64,000 nt of DNA from Octopus sinensis (GCF_006345805.1 NC_043003.1:117304001-117368000), one strand, 5' to 3'; counted from the first letter of the stretch, positions 25,330 through 37,990 are shown. The notes: generated by a model from the letters alone, not told the origin. Numbers and translations: made by a program.

Positions 25330-26260
25330 TCGAAAAATTTATTTTTTTCTTAGTTTTCGAATCTGTTGTGAAAATTGTTTTTGTAAGGTGGAAAGATATG
25401 TTCGTTCTAATATATTAAGGATGACAGGTTGTGAAAAGAAGATACCACTTTATTGTACATGCCTGTTTCTATTTTCCATTCTGTTTTCATAATTGAATCA
25501 TGAAGAAAATGGCAGTTCCTGCTGGTTGAAATTCACCGTGAATAGAATAGTAAGGTTTATGTTGTTGATAAGATTTTCAAATTCCATTGTTTACCAAAAT
25601 TATCCGATCATAAAATGAAGCCGTCACCTGATATCATTTCTAGATATGTTTTTACAAAGTGCAAAATGTGTTTCCAAATGTTTGTAGAGGTTCGTCATAT
25701 ATTTTTCTCATGATAACCCGACACAAAGTTGGCATAACTGGGTGTGACTTTACTACCCATTGCAGTCCCTGATATTTTCAGTACCTTCAATTATCGAATA
25801 CGAAATATTTATTTTGTAACATACATCTTAATCTAAGTTTTGTTCAATGTATTCTACTAGTAATTCAAAATGTTTTGAATCCCACCAATCGTAAGGTGTA
25901 TTAATGTATTAAGTAACAAGATCAAAGAAATAATAATTTAGCTCGCATCAACAGCAAGTTCAAAACAGCGTTTCACATGCTGGACCTGCCATAATCTGTT
26001 TTAATTTTAGATCGTCTGGAAAGAGAAATATGATATATGTTGTTTTAGAGATTTTACATCAATTATAGCTTTATATTGGTGTATTTTGCATTAGATTTGT
26101 GTCTAAAGTTATAATAGTGAAACAGTTATAATACGTATTTAAAATATTTAATATCTACCATTATTGTATGTAGCTTATGATCTTCATTTTCCATAATAAT
26201 TATTTTCTAGTGTTTCAAGTACACGTTCTGTACAATAATTTATGTGCAGGATAAAGTAGT
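25330..26260 (-). mobile_element. Degraded Penelope-like RT fragment related to the 16.8-21 kb element
   Basis: Minus-strand FPDDLKLKQIMAGPACET, GTAMGSKVTPSYANF, QELPF and CHP*YIRTNI, with many disruptions. Confidence 0.7.
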
Positions 26261-26321
26261 ACTACCTCTATCTTAAATTATAATTAATTTCTTTAGTAGA
26301 CCCCCTTAGATTCTTCCGGGG

Positions 26322-26358
<37 letters not shown>

Positions 26359-26724
26359 TGAGAAATTCGATTTTATATTCTTATTTCCACTCATTTCGAG
26401 TGAAAAATTTGTAATATGTTCAGTGTAAACGACTATCTTATTATTTCTTCCTTTCAACCAACAAAAATCTCATATTTCTTGCTAGTGAATCATCAACATA
26501 ATAACCATATCTTTTGAGATGTTTATGCCGCATGAGTTTCGGCAGAATTTTGTGATCTCATTTTTCTTCACAACAAAGTTAACTTTTTGAAGAATATGCG
26601 TAAATTTCGTTCCTTTATTTAACAGTTTCTTTTGAAGAACAGTTACAACATTTCTATATTTAAGAGATGAAGAATTATGTACATTATTTACATTTGATGG
26701 ATATTTGTACTCATCTTGTTTGTT

Positions 26725-26770
26725 AACACAACGTTTCGGCTGATATACTCCCCAGCCTTCATCAGGTGTC
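26725..26770 (-). ncRNA. Minimal type I hammerhead ribozyme
   Basis: GACAC-CUGAUGA-A-GGCUG-gggaguauau-CAGCC-GAAA-CG-UU-GUGUU: intact core, 5-bp stem II, stem I GACAC/GUGUU, palindromic ACGU stem III. Confidence 0.8.
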
Positions 26771-26817
26771 TTGGGAAAATTTTGAACCTGGGTTCTCATT
26801 CCTAAGGTATTTTTCGA

Positions 26818-26884
<67 letters not shown>

Positions 26885-27111
26885 ATCACTGCTTGGAATC
26901 GAACGCGGAACCTGTGGGATGAAGTTAAAATAATTGACAGAGAACACCACTGGAAAATACGAAAACTAAAAGAAGCAGCACATATGCTAGGACACAACAA
27001 CCTCCTAAGCAGACCGAGTGCAGATATGAACAGCATATTAGAACCGGTATTATGGAAGGATAGGAAAATATTAGATTTATAAGCCCCAAAATTCACTCCA
27101 TAATTGCTCAC

Positions 27112-27190
27112 GGACATATGGCATAGTGGTTAAGAGCGCGGGCTACTAACCCCAAAATTCCGATTTCGATGATTCCAAGCAGTGACCTGA
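27112..27190 (+). promoter_or_regulatory. tRNA-like segment with Pol III A/B-box-like motifs inside the pseudo-LTR
   Basis: A box TGGCATAGTGG (27119-27129), anticodon-like loop gggCTACTAAccc, B-box-like ttcgat(gat)tcc. The inverted copy has GCGTTCGATTCC at 26895-26906. Confidence 0.6.
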
Positions 27191-27324
27191 ATAATAATTA
27201 TAATAATGATAATAATAATAATAATGATAATAATAATGATAATGATATTAATAATAATAACAACAACAACAATAGCATCGAAAAATACCTTAGGAATGAG
27301 AACCCAAGTTCGAAATTTCCCCAG

Positions 27325-27370
27325 CATACCTGATGAAGGCTGGAGGTTATATCAGCCGAAACATTGTGTT
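27325..27370 (+). ncRNA. Minimal type I hammerhead ribozyme (second copy, stem III palindrome mutated)
   Basis: CATAC-CUGAUGA-A-GGCUG-gagguuauau-CAGCC-GAAA-CA-UU-GUGUU. Confidence 0.7.
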
Positions 27371-27931
27371 AACAACAAACAAGATCCGTAAAATGTAAAT
27401 AATGTAAATAATAGTTAGAGCTTTCTTTCATAAATTGATAACCATCGGTTTCTCTTTCTCGATAGCCACTTCATGTCCCAGTATTTCTCAGTTCAATCTG
27501 TCGCTTTCCCTTCCTGGTTATTTTTCTTTTCATATTTAAATTAAAAGCTTTCTAAATCCGTCACTGTTATTGGGGATGCTGATGCTGCTGCTGTTGATCC
27601 TGCGGACATTATTACCAGAGAGGTTCCAAGTGAGACTCCCACGTCACATATTTTGAAGCAGTTTATCGACAGCCACCGAATTCAATCTAAGTTTCTTTTG
27701 CAAGTATTAAGGACGGACGTTAGTCACGCTGATCTCTCACATTCTCGCAGAACTGACTAACAAATGCACACAGACTTTTCGATAGACCAGACTAGGAACC
27801 AAAACGTGTGCAATTTGAAGCAGGAAGTTTGATTCTCTGTTTTCACGTGTCCAAAGAGACAAAGAATAAAAAGGAAACTTTTTGACAGCAGAAAGGAACG
27901 TGGAATGCCATGAAAGAAGATTTATGACAAA

Positions 27932-28333
27932 CTAGCAGTATCGCCCGGCGTTGCTCGGGTTTGTAAGGGAAATAACTATATAAGCATTTTTAGAGAAGTA
28001 AAGTATAATAGCCATCGCAATATGGCTAACCACAAAGCATTTTTGGCATATATATATAATGCATTTATATATGTTACTGTAGCTTTTTACGTTCTGAGAT
28101 TTAATAATAATTTTTTAGAGAGTTACTTCCCTTATATATGCCAAAAATGCATTAAAAATGGGAAAAATTGATGGTAATTTTTTTTTTAAATCGTAGACTC
28201 ATCGTAGACGCGATATGAATCACGACTATAAGATACCCGGTTTTGGTTAAACTGCACCGCAAAATGTGGGAGTAGTTAGGAATCTAAATCGTAGGAGACA
28301 GACAGCACACAACCTCACTTTTATATATAAAGA
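27932..28333 (-). mobile_element. Non-autonomous Helitron
   Basis: Minus strand starts with TC and ends in CTAG, inserted between A and T. Subterminal hairpin CCCGAGCAACGCCGGG. Both ends are shared with 32171-32687. Confidence 0.8.
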
Positions 28334-28799
28334 TAATGGCTGTAACGAAGAAAGCGCAAGTTTGTTGATTGTTTCAGAGAAAATGCGTTTGAAGGGCATT
28401 TCATGATGATGATGCTGGTAATGATTTTTTCTTCATATCTGCCCCAGTTCGTATCAAGTCTGAAAATACATAAATATTTAATATTTAATAAATTTACAAG
28501 ACAATTTTAGAATCACGTTCATCCGTAGAGTCACCCTGTCTATAGATTAATCGGATAAGAGACAGTATCTCTACGGCCGCTTGTCATCCTTCAATGTTTT
28601 ACTCAAGGGGGACATGAAAAGGGGATCACAAATGAAGCCAAGAGAATATAAGTCATTCAAATTCAGCAGGGTCGTCGTTACCCTTCATCCTACAAGGGTT
28701 GATAAAATAAGTCCCGAATGAGCACAGGATTAATATAATCACACTATTTCCTCCTCCCGAAGTACTGGCTTATTCGAAGCCATTATTATTATTATTACT

Positions 28800-29150
28800 A
28801 TCATTCAGTAGTTTTATTTTTATAGCGTGCTTTCACTTCACTACCGAGCGCAGCTCTGTGTGCCTTGAGTATGTGCTGTGATTTGTTGTGATGCTCTGAT
28901 GGTTACTGTATGGAAAGTATTCTGCGTAGGATGTGTGCAGTACCCAGTAGTGCAATTTTCTGTATGTTATATGTGTTTGTTAGTCCTGGTGTTTTTGTTA
29001 TGTATTTGTCTGAATATTTTTTTATCATACCTAATGCACCTACTATGATAGGGATTGTTTCTGTTTTCAGATTCCACATTCTAGTTACCTCTATTTCCAG
29101 GTCTTTGTATTTTGAAAGTTTCTCCATTTCTTTTAGAGACACGTTGTCAT
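28800..29150 (-). mobile_element. R4/Dong 3' end (RLE C-terminus + 3' UTR) within TAA repeats
   Basis: EKLSKYKDLEIEVTRMWNLKTETIPIIVGALGMI...IQKIALLGTAHILRRIL; ATT-type repeats on both sides. Confidence 0.88.
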
Positions 29151-29189
29151 CTGCTGTATCGATACATCAATTAGAAAGCATTTTTTTCT

Positions 29190-29435
<246 letters not shown>

Positions 29436-29563
29436 ATGGTCGGGGAAATATCACAAGGCTTTCCTATCTCAAAACAATTAACTAAGTTATATTTGAGGAA
29501 ACAGCATAAAAATAGAAAAGGCTAAAGTAACAAGTGGAAGCATGAATAAAAGGATATATACAA

Positions 29564-29619
<56 letters not shown>

Positions 29620-29960
29620 ATGTGTGTGCGTGTGTGTGTGTAGCAAAGTTATAAAATAGTTCCGCTAGGGCACCATAAATACGTTTAATGGAAGCATGCA
29701 ACGTTAAAGTGTGAATTCAATTATAGTTTATAGGTGGAGTTAGTATTGAAGCTGATGAGGATGGTCAGAGTGTTGGTGCCGTCGGTGCCGCTGATACTGA
29801 TGGTGGTGCTGATGGTGCTGCTGGTGCCAGTGAGGTGGCTCTGGTATTAGTTTTTGGGTGTTCTGAAGGGTGAGAATAAGTTCATCGTTGCAGAAGGTTT
29901 AATATCAAGGAAACCGTAATAAATGTAAGACATCAAGATTATCACCGGATATATATATAT

Positions 29961-30262
29961 ATCACCGTGATCACCGTGACCGACCAGGCTATCAGATGTT
30001 GCTACACGTCGCTGGTCACAATGCGCTTCGCATTGTTTTAGCCTTCAAATGACGCCACCCCGCTGGCTAAGCGAGCAGGCCAACAGAAGAAAGAGTGAGA
30101 GAAATTTGTGGCGAAAGAGTACAGCAGGGATCGCCAACATACCCCTGCCGGAGCCTCGTGGAGCTTTTGGTGTTTTCGCTCAATTAATACTCACAACGCC
30201 CGGTCTGGCAAGCGAAACCGCGATCCTACAACCGCGAGTCCGCTGCCCTAACCACTGGGCCT

Positions 30263-30265
<3 letters not shown>
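29961..30265 (-). mobile_element. SINE group C with RTE-like tail (tail ii)
   Basis: Same head and body as 15847 and 56058 but a different 3' end, which resembles the 3' terminus of the RTE at 32079-32139. Confidence 0.85.
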
Positions 30266-30308
<43 letters not shown>

Positions 30309-30317
30309 CAAAATGTG

Positions 30318-30510
30318 ATCTCGTGTGTACCGTTGGCGATTTTTTTCCTCTGTCTTCCCATCTCGGGATCTTTCCTTCTCCTATGTTTCCGACGAAGAGC
30401 TCCGCTCGAAACGTTAAACCCTCCTTCTTCCCTTCTTTCCTGAGCGTCCAATAATACTATATTGTTCCAGGTCCTCGCATTGTTGTGTTTTTTTTGTGTT
30501 TTCTTGTTTG
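30318..30510 (+). mobile_element. Short pseudo-LTR-like repeat in (TA)n carrying a hammerhead-like motif (30385-30419)
   Basis: GTTT-CCGACGA-A-GAGC-tcc-GCTC-GAAA-CG-TT-AAAC. Confidence 0.6.
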
Positions 30511-30540
30511 GATTAACTTTATATATATATGTATATATAT

Positions 30541-30689
<149 letters not shown>

Positions 30690-30739
30690 ACCTATGCTTG
30701 TCAGTAAGGTCGAAAGACCCATCGGACTGACGAAAAACT

Positions 30740-32137
30740 GAAAGGCGCCAGGGAAAGACGGTATAACATCGGAGGTGTTAAAGTCAGGCGGAGAGCAGCT
30801 CTGGAAAACTCACGCACTATCTAGACGAGGGAAAAATTCCCTCGTACTGAAAAGAGTCAACCTACTATATAAGAAGGGCGATAGAGATGATCTTAAGAAC
30901 TACCGACCCATATGCCTACTATCTCACGTGTACAAGCTTTTCACAAAGATAATTCTGAACAGGTTGTCACGTCATCTCGGCGAACAACAACCTAGGGAAG
31001 AACTACAGAACGATGGACCATATATTTACTCTAATACAACTGCTTGAGCGAGAGAATGAGTACAAGCTGCCTCTTTGCGCTGCGTTTGTAGACGATGAGA
31101 CGGTCTTCGACAACGTCGAAACCAAGGCAATGCTGAACTCGCTGCAGAGGCAAGGAGTCAGGTAGGCAAATTCCGGATGCACCACCGACATAGCTCTGTT
31201 GTCATCACTCGTACGAGAGCCAGTCGAGAGGGGAGTGAAGCAAGGAGATACGATCTCTCCAAAACTTTTCACCGCATGTCACGAGCAGATCATCAGAGGT
31301 AGACTGGCAAGGCGGTGTCAACATCAATGTCGAGCTACTCACCCATCTCCGTTTCGCTGATGTCATCGTACTCATCGCTGAAACCACGGATCAGCTTCAG
31401 ACCAAGCTGACGGAACTCGACATCAAAAGCTCTGCAGTAAGTCTCAAGACGAACCGCATGAAAACGAAGTCCATGCGGTCAGAGAACGTACCAACAGATC
31501 GAATGGTGATCGGCAGTAATGAAATAGAGGAAGTAAAGGAATATGTCTACCTGGGACAGGAAGTGAATATGTGCCGAGATATCGAAAAGGAGATCTCATG
31601 GAGAGTAAGGGCCGGATGGAAGGTGTTTAATGGCATAAGGGATGTGCTCAAGGGAAGGTTGAACAGGACCACCCGCGCCAACCTCATCAACAGTACAGTT
31701 CTACCTGCAATATTATATGGTAGTGAAACATAGGCTAAAACAAAGAGAGAAGAGAAGAGGCTGGTAACGGCTCATAGAGCCAATGAGAGGTCAATGCTTG
31801 GAATCTCGTTGAGAGAGCACATCAGTAGCGAGATCATCAGAAAGAAGTCCGGCGTGAGGGGTGTCACCGCAGAGTATACACGCAGGAAGTGCAGATGGGC
31901 TGGACACGTCACCCGGCTCACCGATAATTGGTGGGCCCGCGCAGTTGTCGAATGGTACCCGCGCGAGCGGAAACGACCACCCGGAAGGCCTCCACGATGG
32001 TGGAGTTACGATTTTAGGAGAGCGATTGGGACCACGTGGGTGAGAAAGGCGCGATCCAGAGAGGAGTGGACAGCGTGCTGTGACCAGCTGTGTCAAATGG
32101 ACGCCCGACGGACTGGTCGGTCATGTTGATCAAGGTG

Positions 32138-32139
<2 letters not shown>
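30740..32139 (+). mobile_element. 5'-truncated RTE-clade LINE with intact 3' end
   Basis: [77 protein letters not shown]. Frameshifts and deletions. Ends ...GATCAAGGTGAT before (TA)n. Confidence 0.93.
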
Positions 32140-32170
<31 letters not shown>

Positions 32171-32687
32171 CTAGCAGTATCGCCCGGCGTTGCTCGGGTT
32201 TGTAAGGGAAATAACTATATAAGCATTTTTAGAGAGTTACTTCCCTTATAGATGCCAATTCGGGCTTTCTTAGCCATTTCTGTTTTGGTGTCTTCAAGCC
32301 ATGAAGTCGTTATTCTAAAAGAACGCTGGTCTCCTTGACAACGCTTTACGACGTTGTTTTCCTTACACTCCCTTCCCTACAGCTTCACGAGGGAGGGAAG
32401 AAGAAGGAGAAGCAAACACAGGTGCAGGTGTTTGAGCGTGGACGCCAACTCCGCCGCCATCGACACACGAAAAATTATGCATTAAAATGGAATAAAAAAT
32501 GATGTGAAATTATTTTTAAAATCGTAGACTCATCGTAGACGCGCGCTAATAGCCAGACGGGCTCGATATGAATCACGACTATAAGATACCCGAATTTGGT
32601 TAAACTGCACCGCAAAATGTGGGAGGAGTTAGGAATCTAAATCGAAGGGGACAGACACTCACACAACAACAGTTTTATATATATAGA
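32171..32687 (-). mobile_element. Non-autonomous Helitron (second copy, longer interior)
   Basis: Same termini as 27932-28333, with an extra internal segment at ~32245-32490. Confidence 0.8.
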
Positions 32688-32689
32688 TA

Positions 32690-33125
32690 TGTAGGCGTAG
32701 AGAGGGCAGTATAGTAGAAATTTTCTTCTAAACCAACTGGTCCCGGGCTCAGGCCTTGTGCGTGGCACCTTAGGCAAGTGAATTCTACTATAGTCTCAGG
32801 CCGATCAAGGCTTTGTGAGTGGATTTAGTAGACGGAAACTGAAAGAAACATACCGTATATATGCGTGTGTCTGTCTGTCAGTGTAGCTGCGTATATGATT
32901 GTGTATGTATGTCGCCGTGTTTGTGTTTGTGTTTGTGTCTTTGTTTTTATGCTTGTTTCACACCACTGCTTGAGAACCGGTGTTGGTTTATTTAAGTCCC
33001 CGTAACCTAGTGGTTTGGCAACAGAAAGCGATACAAGTACTGGGTGTTCAATTCGTTCGACTAAAATTCAAGGTAGTGCTCCAGCATGGCCGCAGTCTAA
33101 TGACTGAAACAAGTCAAAAGTCAAA
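32690..33125 (+). mobile_element. SINE group B, older copy
   Basis: ggcaccttaggcaagt..gacggaaactgaaagaa..gtgctccagcatggccgcagtctaatgactgaaacaag. Confidence 0.8.
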
Positions 33126-33189
33126 AATAAATTTATATAATTTACAATCCTTTATTGGTGAGATGAAGAATTTATATTATGTATCTTAT

Positions 33190-33330
33190 TTATATTGGTC
33201 GAACTCATGTCCTCGTCCTGATTGTTTTTCGCCTGTTGTATTCTCCAGCCTTCTTCGGGTGTCTTGGGTTGTTGTATCGGAATTTCGAACCTAACCTTAT
33301 TTGATCTTCAGCGTGGGGGTTACATTATCC
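33190..33330 (-). mobile_element. Degenerate relative of the hammerhead-bearing pseudo-LTR
   Basis: Minus-strand cccaagacac-CCGAAGA-aggctgg..caggc-GAAA, homologous to 26725-26790 but with a mutated core. Confidence 0.5.
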
Positions 33331-33699
33331 TCATTCTGCTCTCTATCTTTAGTAACACCCCTGTCACTGCCTATAGGCATAGAGGAGTAGATAAAGGCGT
33401 TGTTTAAGGTAGTTCAGTTACCTACGGGTTCCGATTTCAATCCCAGCAAGGCACTAACGTAATTCACAAAAAAAAATCAACTCAAGAAAAAATGAACCAT
33501 TCTTCCACCTTTTACATCTATCTCTTTCTCTTTTTTCCCTCCTAATTTCTCTTGCACCAGCACCCTAATTCGCAAACAGACCCTGAGGGTTGCTTGCAGA
33601 TAAAAGGCATGTTCTAAAAACCTGCCTGGATCCGCGTCTCCAGAGAAAGAAACTATTAGTACTTCGTATCTTTATACTTGCATACATTGACTGATATAT

Positions 33700-33917
33700 A
33701 TGTGTGTATAAACATGCATGCATACGTACATACATACATACATGCATACATGCATGCATGTATGCATGCATGCATACATACATACATGCATACATACATG
33801 CATGCATACATACTTGCATACATACATACATACACAAATACATACATGCATACATACATACATACACACATACACACATACATACATACATACATACATA
33901 CATACATACATACATAC

Positions 33918-33948
<31 letters not shown>

Positions 33949-33989
33949 CACACATACATACATACATACATACATACATACCTACATAC

Positions 33990-34020
<31 letters not shown>

Positions 34021-34085
34021 CATACATACATACATACATACACACATACATACATACATACATACATACATACATACCTACATAC

Positions 34086-34116
<31 letters not shown>

Positions 34117-34211
34117 CATACATACATACATACATACATACATACATACATACATACATACATACATACACACACACATACATACATACACATACATACA
34201 TACCTACATAC

Positions 34212-34242
<31 letters not shown>

Positions 34243-34330
34243 CATACATACATACATACATACATACATACACACATACATACATACACACACACACACA
34301 TACATAAACACATACATACATACATAAACG
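33700..34330. repeat. (CATA)n tetranucleotide array
   Basis: Direct reading. Confidence 0.97.
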
Positions 34331-34717
34331 CGTAACCACAGTAGAAAGAAATTTATTTAGAAGATAAGTGAACTCGTATTCAATGCATAAAAAATAATTT
34401 TTTAATAAAATATGTTTTTTGTATTTTCCGTCGTTTTACATTTTCACTTTTCCTACACTTTACTTGTTATTGTCTTCTTGTTTCCTTCTTTTTACTTTTA
34501 ATGATGATCTTTATTTTTTTTCATCTTTCGCTAATTTCCAAGGCACCGATGCAGTTCTATTCGCAACATATTCCATTTATTTATTCCATTTATTTATTCT
34601 GAAACTCTTTCATTTCCATTTTTTCCTGCTTTTCTAGATTTTTCTGTTTGTTTTATAGATTCTTGTTCTTGTTAGAGATGGTGTTTGTGGGGGCGGCCGC
34701 CTCTTATGAAATATAAT

Positions 34718-36885
34718 AGTAGTGGTGGTGGTGGTGGTGGTGATGGTGCAGGTGGTGGTGGTGGTGGTGGTGTTGGTGGTATTGGTGGTGGTGGTGGTGG
34801 TGGTGGTGGTGGTGGTTGTGGTGGTGCAGGTGGTGGTGGTGGTGCAGGTGGTGTGGTGGTGGTGGTGGTGGTGCAGGTGGTGGTGGTGGTGCAGGTGGTG
34901 GTGGTGGTGGTGGTGCGGTGGTGGTGGTGGTGCAGGTGGTGGTGGTGGTGCAGGTGGTGGTGGTGGTGCAGGTGGTGGTGTGGGGTGCAGGTGGTGGTGT
35001 GGGTGCAGGTGGTGGTGGTGTGCAGGTGGTGGTGGTGGTGCAGGTGTGGTGGTGGTGGTGGTGGTGGTGGTATTGGTGGTGGTGGTGGTGGTGGTGGTGG
35101 TATTGGTGGTGGTGGTGGTGGTGATAGTGCAGGTGGTGGTGGTGGTGGTGGTGTTGGTGGTATTGGTGGTGGTGGTGGTGGTGGTGGTGGTGGTGGTGGT
35201 GGTGGTGGTGGTGGTGGTGGTGGTGGTGCAGGTGGTGGTGGTGGTGCAGGTGGTGGTGGTGGTGCAGGTGGTGGTGGTGGTGCAGGTGGTGGTGGTGGTG
35301 CAGGTGGTGGTGGTGCAGGTGGTGGTGGTGGTGCAGGTGGTGGTGGTGGTGGTGGTGGTGGTGGTGGTGGTATTGGTGGTGGTGGTGGTGGTGATAGTGC
35401 AGGTGGTGGGTGGTGGTGGTGGTTTGGTGTATTTGGTGGTGGTGGTGGTGGTGGTGGTGGTGGTTGGTGGTGGTTGTGGTGGTGCATGTGTGGTGGTGGT
35501 GCAGGTGGTGGTGGTGGTGCAGGTGGTGGTGGTGGTGCAGGTGGTGGGTGGTGGTGGTGGTGGTGGTGGTGGTGGTGGTGGTGGTGGTGCAGGTGGTGGT
35601 GGTGGTGGTGTGGTGGTGGTGGTGGTGGTGGTGGTGGTGGTTGTGGTGGTGCGGTGGTGGTGGTGGTGCAGGTGGTGGTGGTGGTGCAGGTGGTGGTGGT
35701 GGTGCAGGTGGTGGTGGTGTGTGCAGGTGGTGGTGGTGGTGGTGGTGGTGGTGTTGGTGGTGGTGGTGGTGGTGGTGGTGGTGGGGTGGTGGTGGTGGTG
35801 GTGCGGTGGTGGTGGTGGTGCAGGTGGTGGTGGTGGTGCAGGTGGTGGTGGTGGTGCAGGTGGTGGTGGTATTGGTGGTGGTGGTGGTGGTGGTGGTGGT
35901 GGTGGTGGTTGTGGTGGTGCAGGTGGTGGTGGTGGTGCAGGTGGTGGTGGTGGTGCAGGTGGTGGTGGTGGTGGTGTTTGGTGTATTGGTTGGTGGTGGT
36001 GGTGGTGGTGGTGGTGGTGGTGGTTGTGGTGGCAGGTGGTGGTGGTGGTGGCAGGTGGTGGTGGTGGTGCAGGTGGTGGTGGTGGTGGTGGTGGTGGGTG
36101 GTGTTGTGGTGGTGCAGGTGGTGGTGGTGGTGGTGGTGCAGGTGGTGGTGGTGGTGGTGGTGCAGGTGGTGGTGGTGGTGGTGGTGCAGGTGGTGGTGGT
36201 GGTGGTGGTGCAGGTTGGTGGTGGTGGTGGTGGTGCAGGTGGTGGTGGTGGTGGTGGTGCAGGTGGTGGTGGTGGTGGTGCAGGTGGTGGTGGTGGTGGT
36301 GCAGGTGGTGGTGGTGGTGGTGCAGGTGGTGGTGGTGGTGCAGGTGGTGGTGGTGGTGGTGCAGGTGGTGGTGGTGGTGGTGCAGGTGGTGGTGGTGGTG
36401 GTGCAGGTGGTGGTGGTGGTGCAGGTGTGGTGGTGGTGGTGCAGGTGGGTGGTGTGGCAGGTGGTGGTGTGGTGCAGATGGTGGTGGTGGTGGTGGTGGT
36501 GGTGCAGGTGATGATGGTAGTGGTGGTGGTGGTGGTGGTGGTGCAGGTGGTGGTGGTGGTGCAGGTGGTGGTGGTGGTGGTGGTGGTGGTGGTGGTGGTG
36601 GTGGTGGTAGTGGTGGTTGGTGGTGGTGGTGGTGTGGTGTGGTGGTGCAGGTGGTGGTGGTGGTGGTGGTGGTGGTGGTAGTGGTGGTGGTGGTGGTGGT
36701 GGTGGTGGTGCAGGTGGTGGTGGTGGTGCAGGTGGTGGTGGTGGTGGTGGTGGTGGTGGTGGTGGTGGTGGTAGTGGTGGTGGTGGTGGTGGTGGTGGTG
36801 GTGGTGGTGGTGCAGGTGGTGGTGGTGGTGGTGGTGGTGGTGGTGGTAGTGGTGGTGGTGGTGGTGGTGGTGGTGGTGGTGGTGT
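34718..36885. repeat. ~2.2-kb G-rich (GGT)n array interspersed with GCA
   Basis: Direct reading; (GGT)3-5-GCA units dominate, with GTATT/GATA/GTT variants. Confidence 0.97.
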
Positions 36886-36899
36886 TTGTATAACAGCAG

Positions 36900-37990
36900 C
36901 CTGTTCTAATCATAGCTCCGTGGAAAATTCCAGTCACCTTGTACAAAGAAACGCCAGACGTGTGTGACTTTGAAATGTGTTTTAATTTCATTATGTCAGA
37001 GAGAAATTTGGATAAAATCAATTTCTTGGATGCACTTTGACCACAGTCTACGGGTCGTTGCCATGTGTTCAGGTAGTGGGCGGATCCAGCACATTGAGAT
37101 TGTAGGGTGTGACATGTTCAATACTTTGTATGCCCTCCCTGGGTGTTCAAAACGACCATACACCGTCGGTACATGGAGTGCATGAGTTGGTTCACAAAAG
37201 CCATTGGCACCTGTGCCCACACCCTGAAGAAATCTGCCTCCAGTCCCACACGAATTGTTGGCCTTGGGACCACCTGGTTCAGCCGTCTCTGGATTTCATC
37301 CCACAGGTGTTCAATTGGGTTCAAATCCGGGCTGAGAGCCGGCCACGGCATGGTTCTGATGTTGTGCTGATGCAGGAAATCCATGGTTATCCTGGCCGTG
37401 GGGGAGTGAGCATTGTCCTGCTAGAACAAATGGCTATGGTGACGCGCCAAGAAGGACACGATGTGAGGTTTTAAGATCTGGTCAACGCAAGCGCTGCGCT
37501 GTGATGCCATTCCCTCTACTTGCACCAACATTGGGGAACACATGGGACCCAATTCTCTGATACAGGCTTATGGCACCCCACACCATGATGTTTTGGCAAC
37601 CCCACGCGTCTCCCTCCATCACACATGCGTTTCTGTAGCGTTCACTCCTCCTACACTGCACCCTCACTCTGCCATCTGAGTTGGAAACGTAGTACCGGCT
37701 CCCGTCAGAGAAGACTTTCGACCCTTATTGTTGATGCCGCCAATGTCGGTGCTGTGTAACCCTCTGTAATCGTGCCTGTCGGTGGCGGGTGATGAGGACA
37801 GGTCGTTGAGCAGGACGACGGCAACGCAGACGATTGGTAGCCAGTCGACGTCGTCCCGTGTCGTCGCTGATGGGCCGCTGTCCAGTGCCAATGCTCTCGC
37901 GAGCTGTTACACTGGTCGTTGTTGCTGCTGGATGAAGCGGTCCTGCCTGGATGTGGTCATCCGTGGACGCGTTCTCTGCAGGCACGATCT
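36900..37990 (-). mobile_element. Tc1-family transposase remnant, 5' end missing
   Basis: RPISDDTGRRRLATNRLRCRRP..RHRQARL, IMVWGAIS, WPALSPDLNPIEHLWDEIQRR, SMYRRCMVVLNTQGGHTKY. Confidence 0.9.

Larger units (their letters stand above)
26645..27411 (+). mobile_element. 5'-truncated PLE with inverted partial pseudo-LTR (26645-26910 inverted; 26912-27411 direct)
   Basis: 26912-27082 encodes LWDEVKIIDREHHWKIRKLKEAAHMLGHNNLLSRP.., resembling the GIY-YIG C-terminus. The downstream block (tRNA-like + (TAA)n + hammerhead) is repeated in inverted form immediately upstream. Confidence 0.8.

Noticed and set aside
34634-37021. 795-, 723-, 608- and 423-aa Gly/Pro/Thr/His-rich ORFs
   Set aside because: They are translations of the (GGT)n/GCA array, open in several frames on both strands, with no splice or unique-sequence context.
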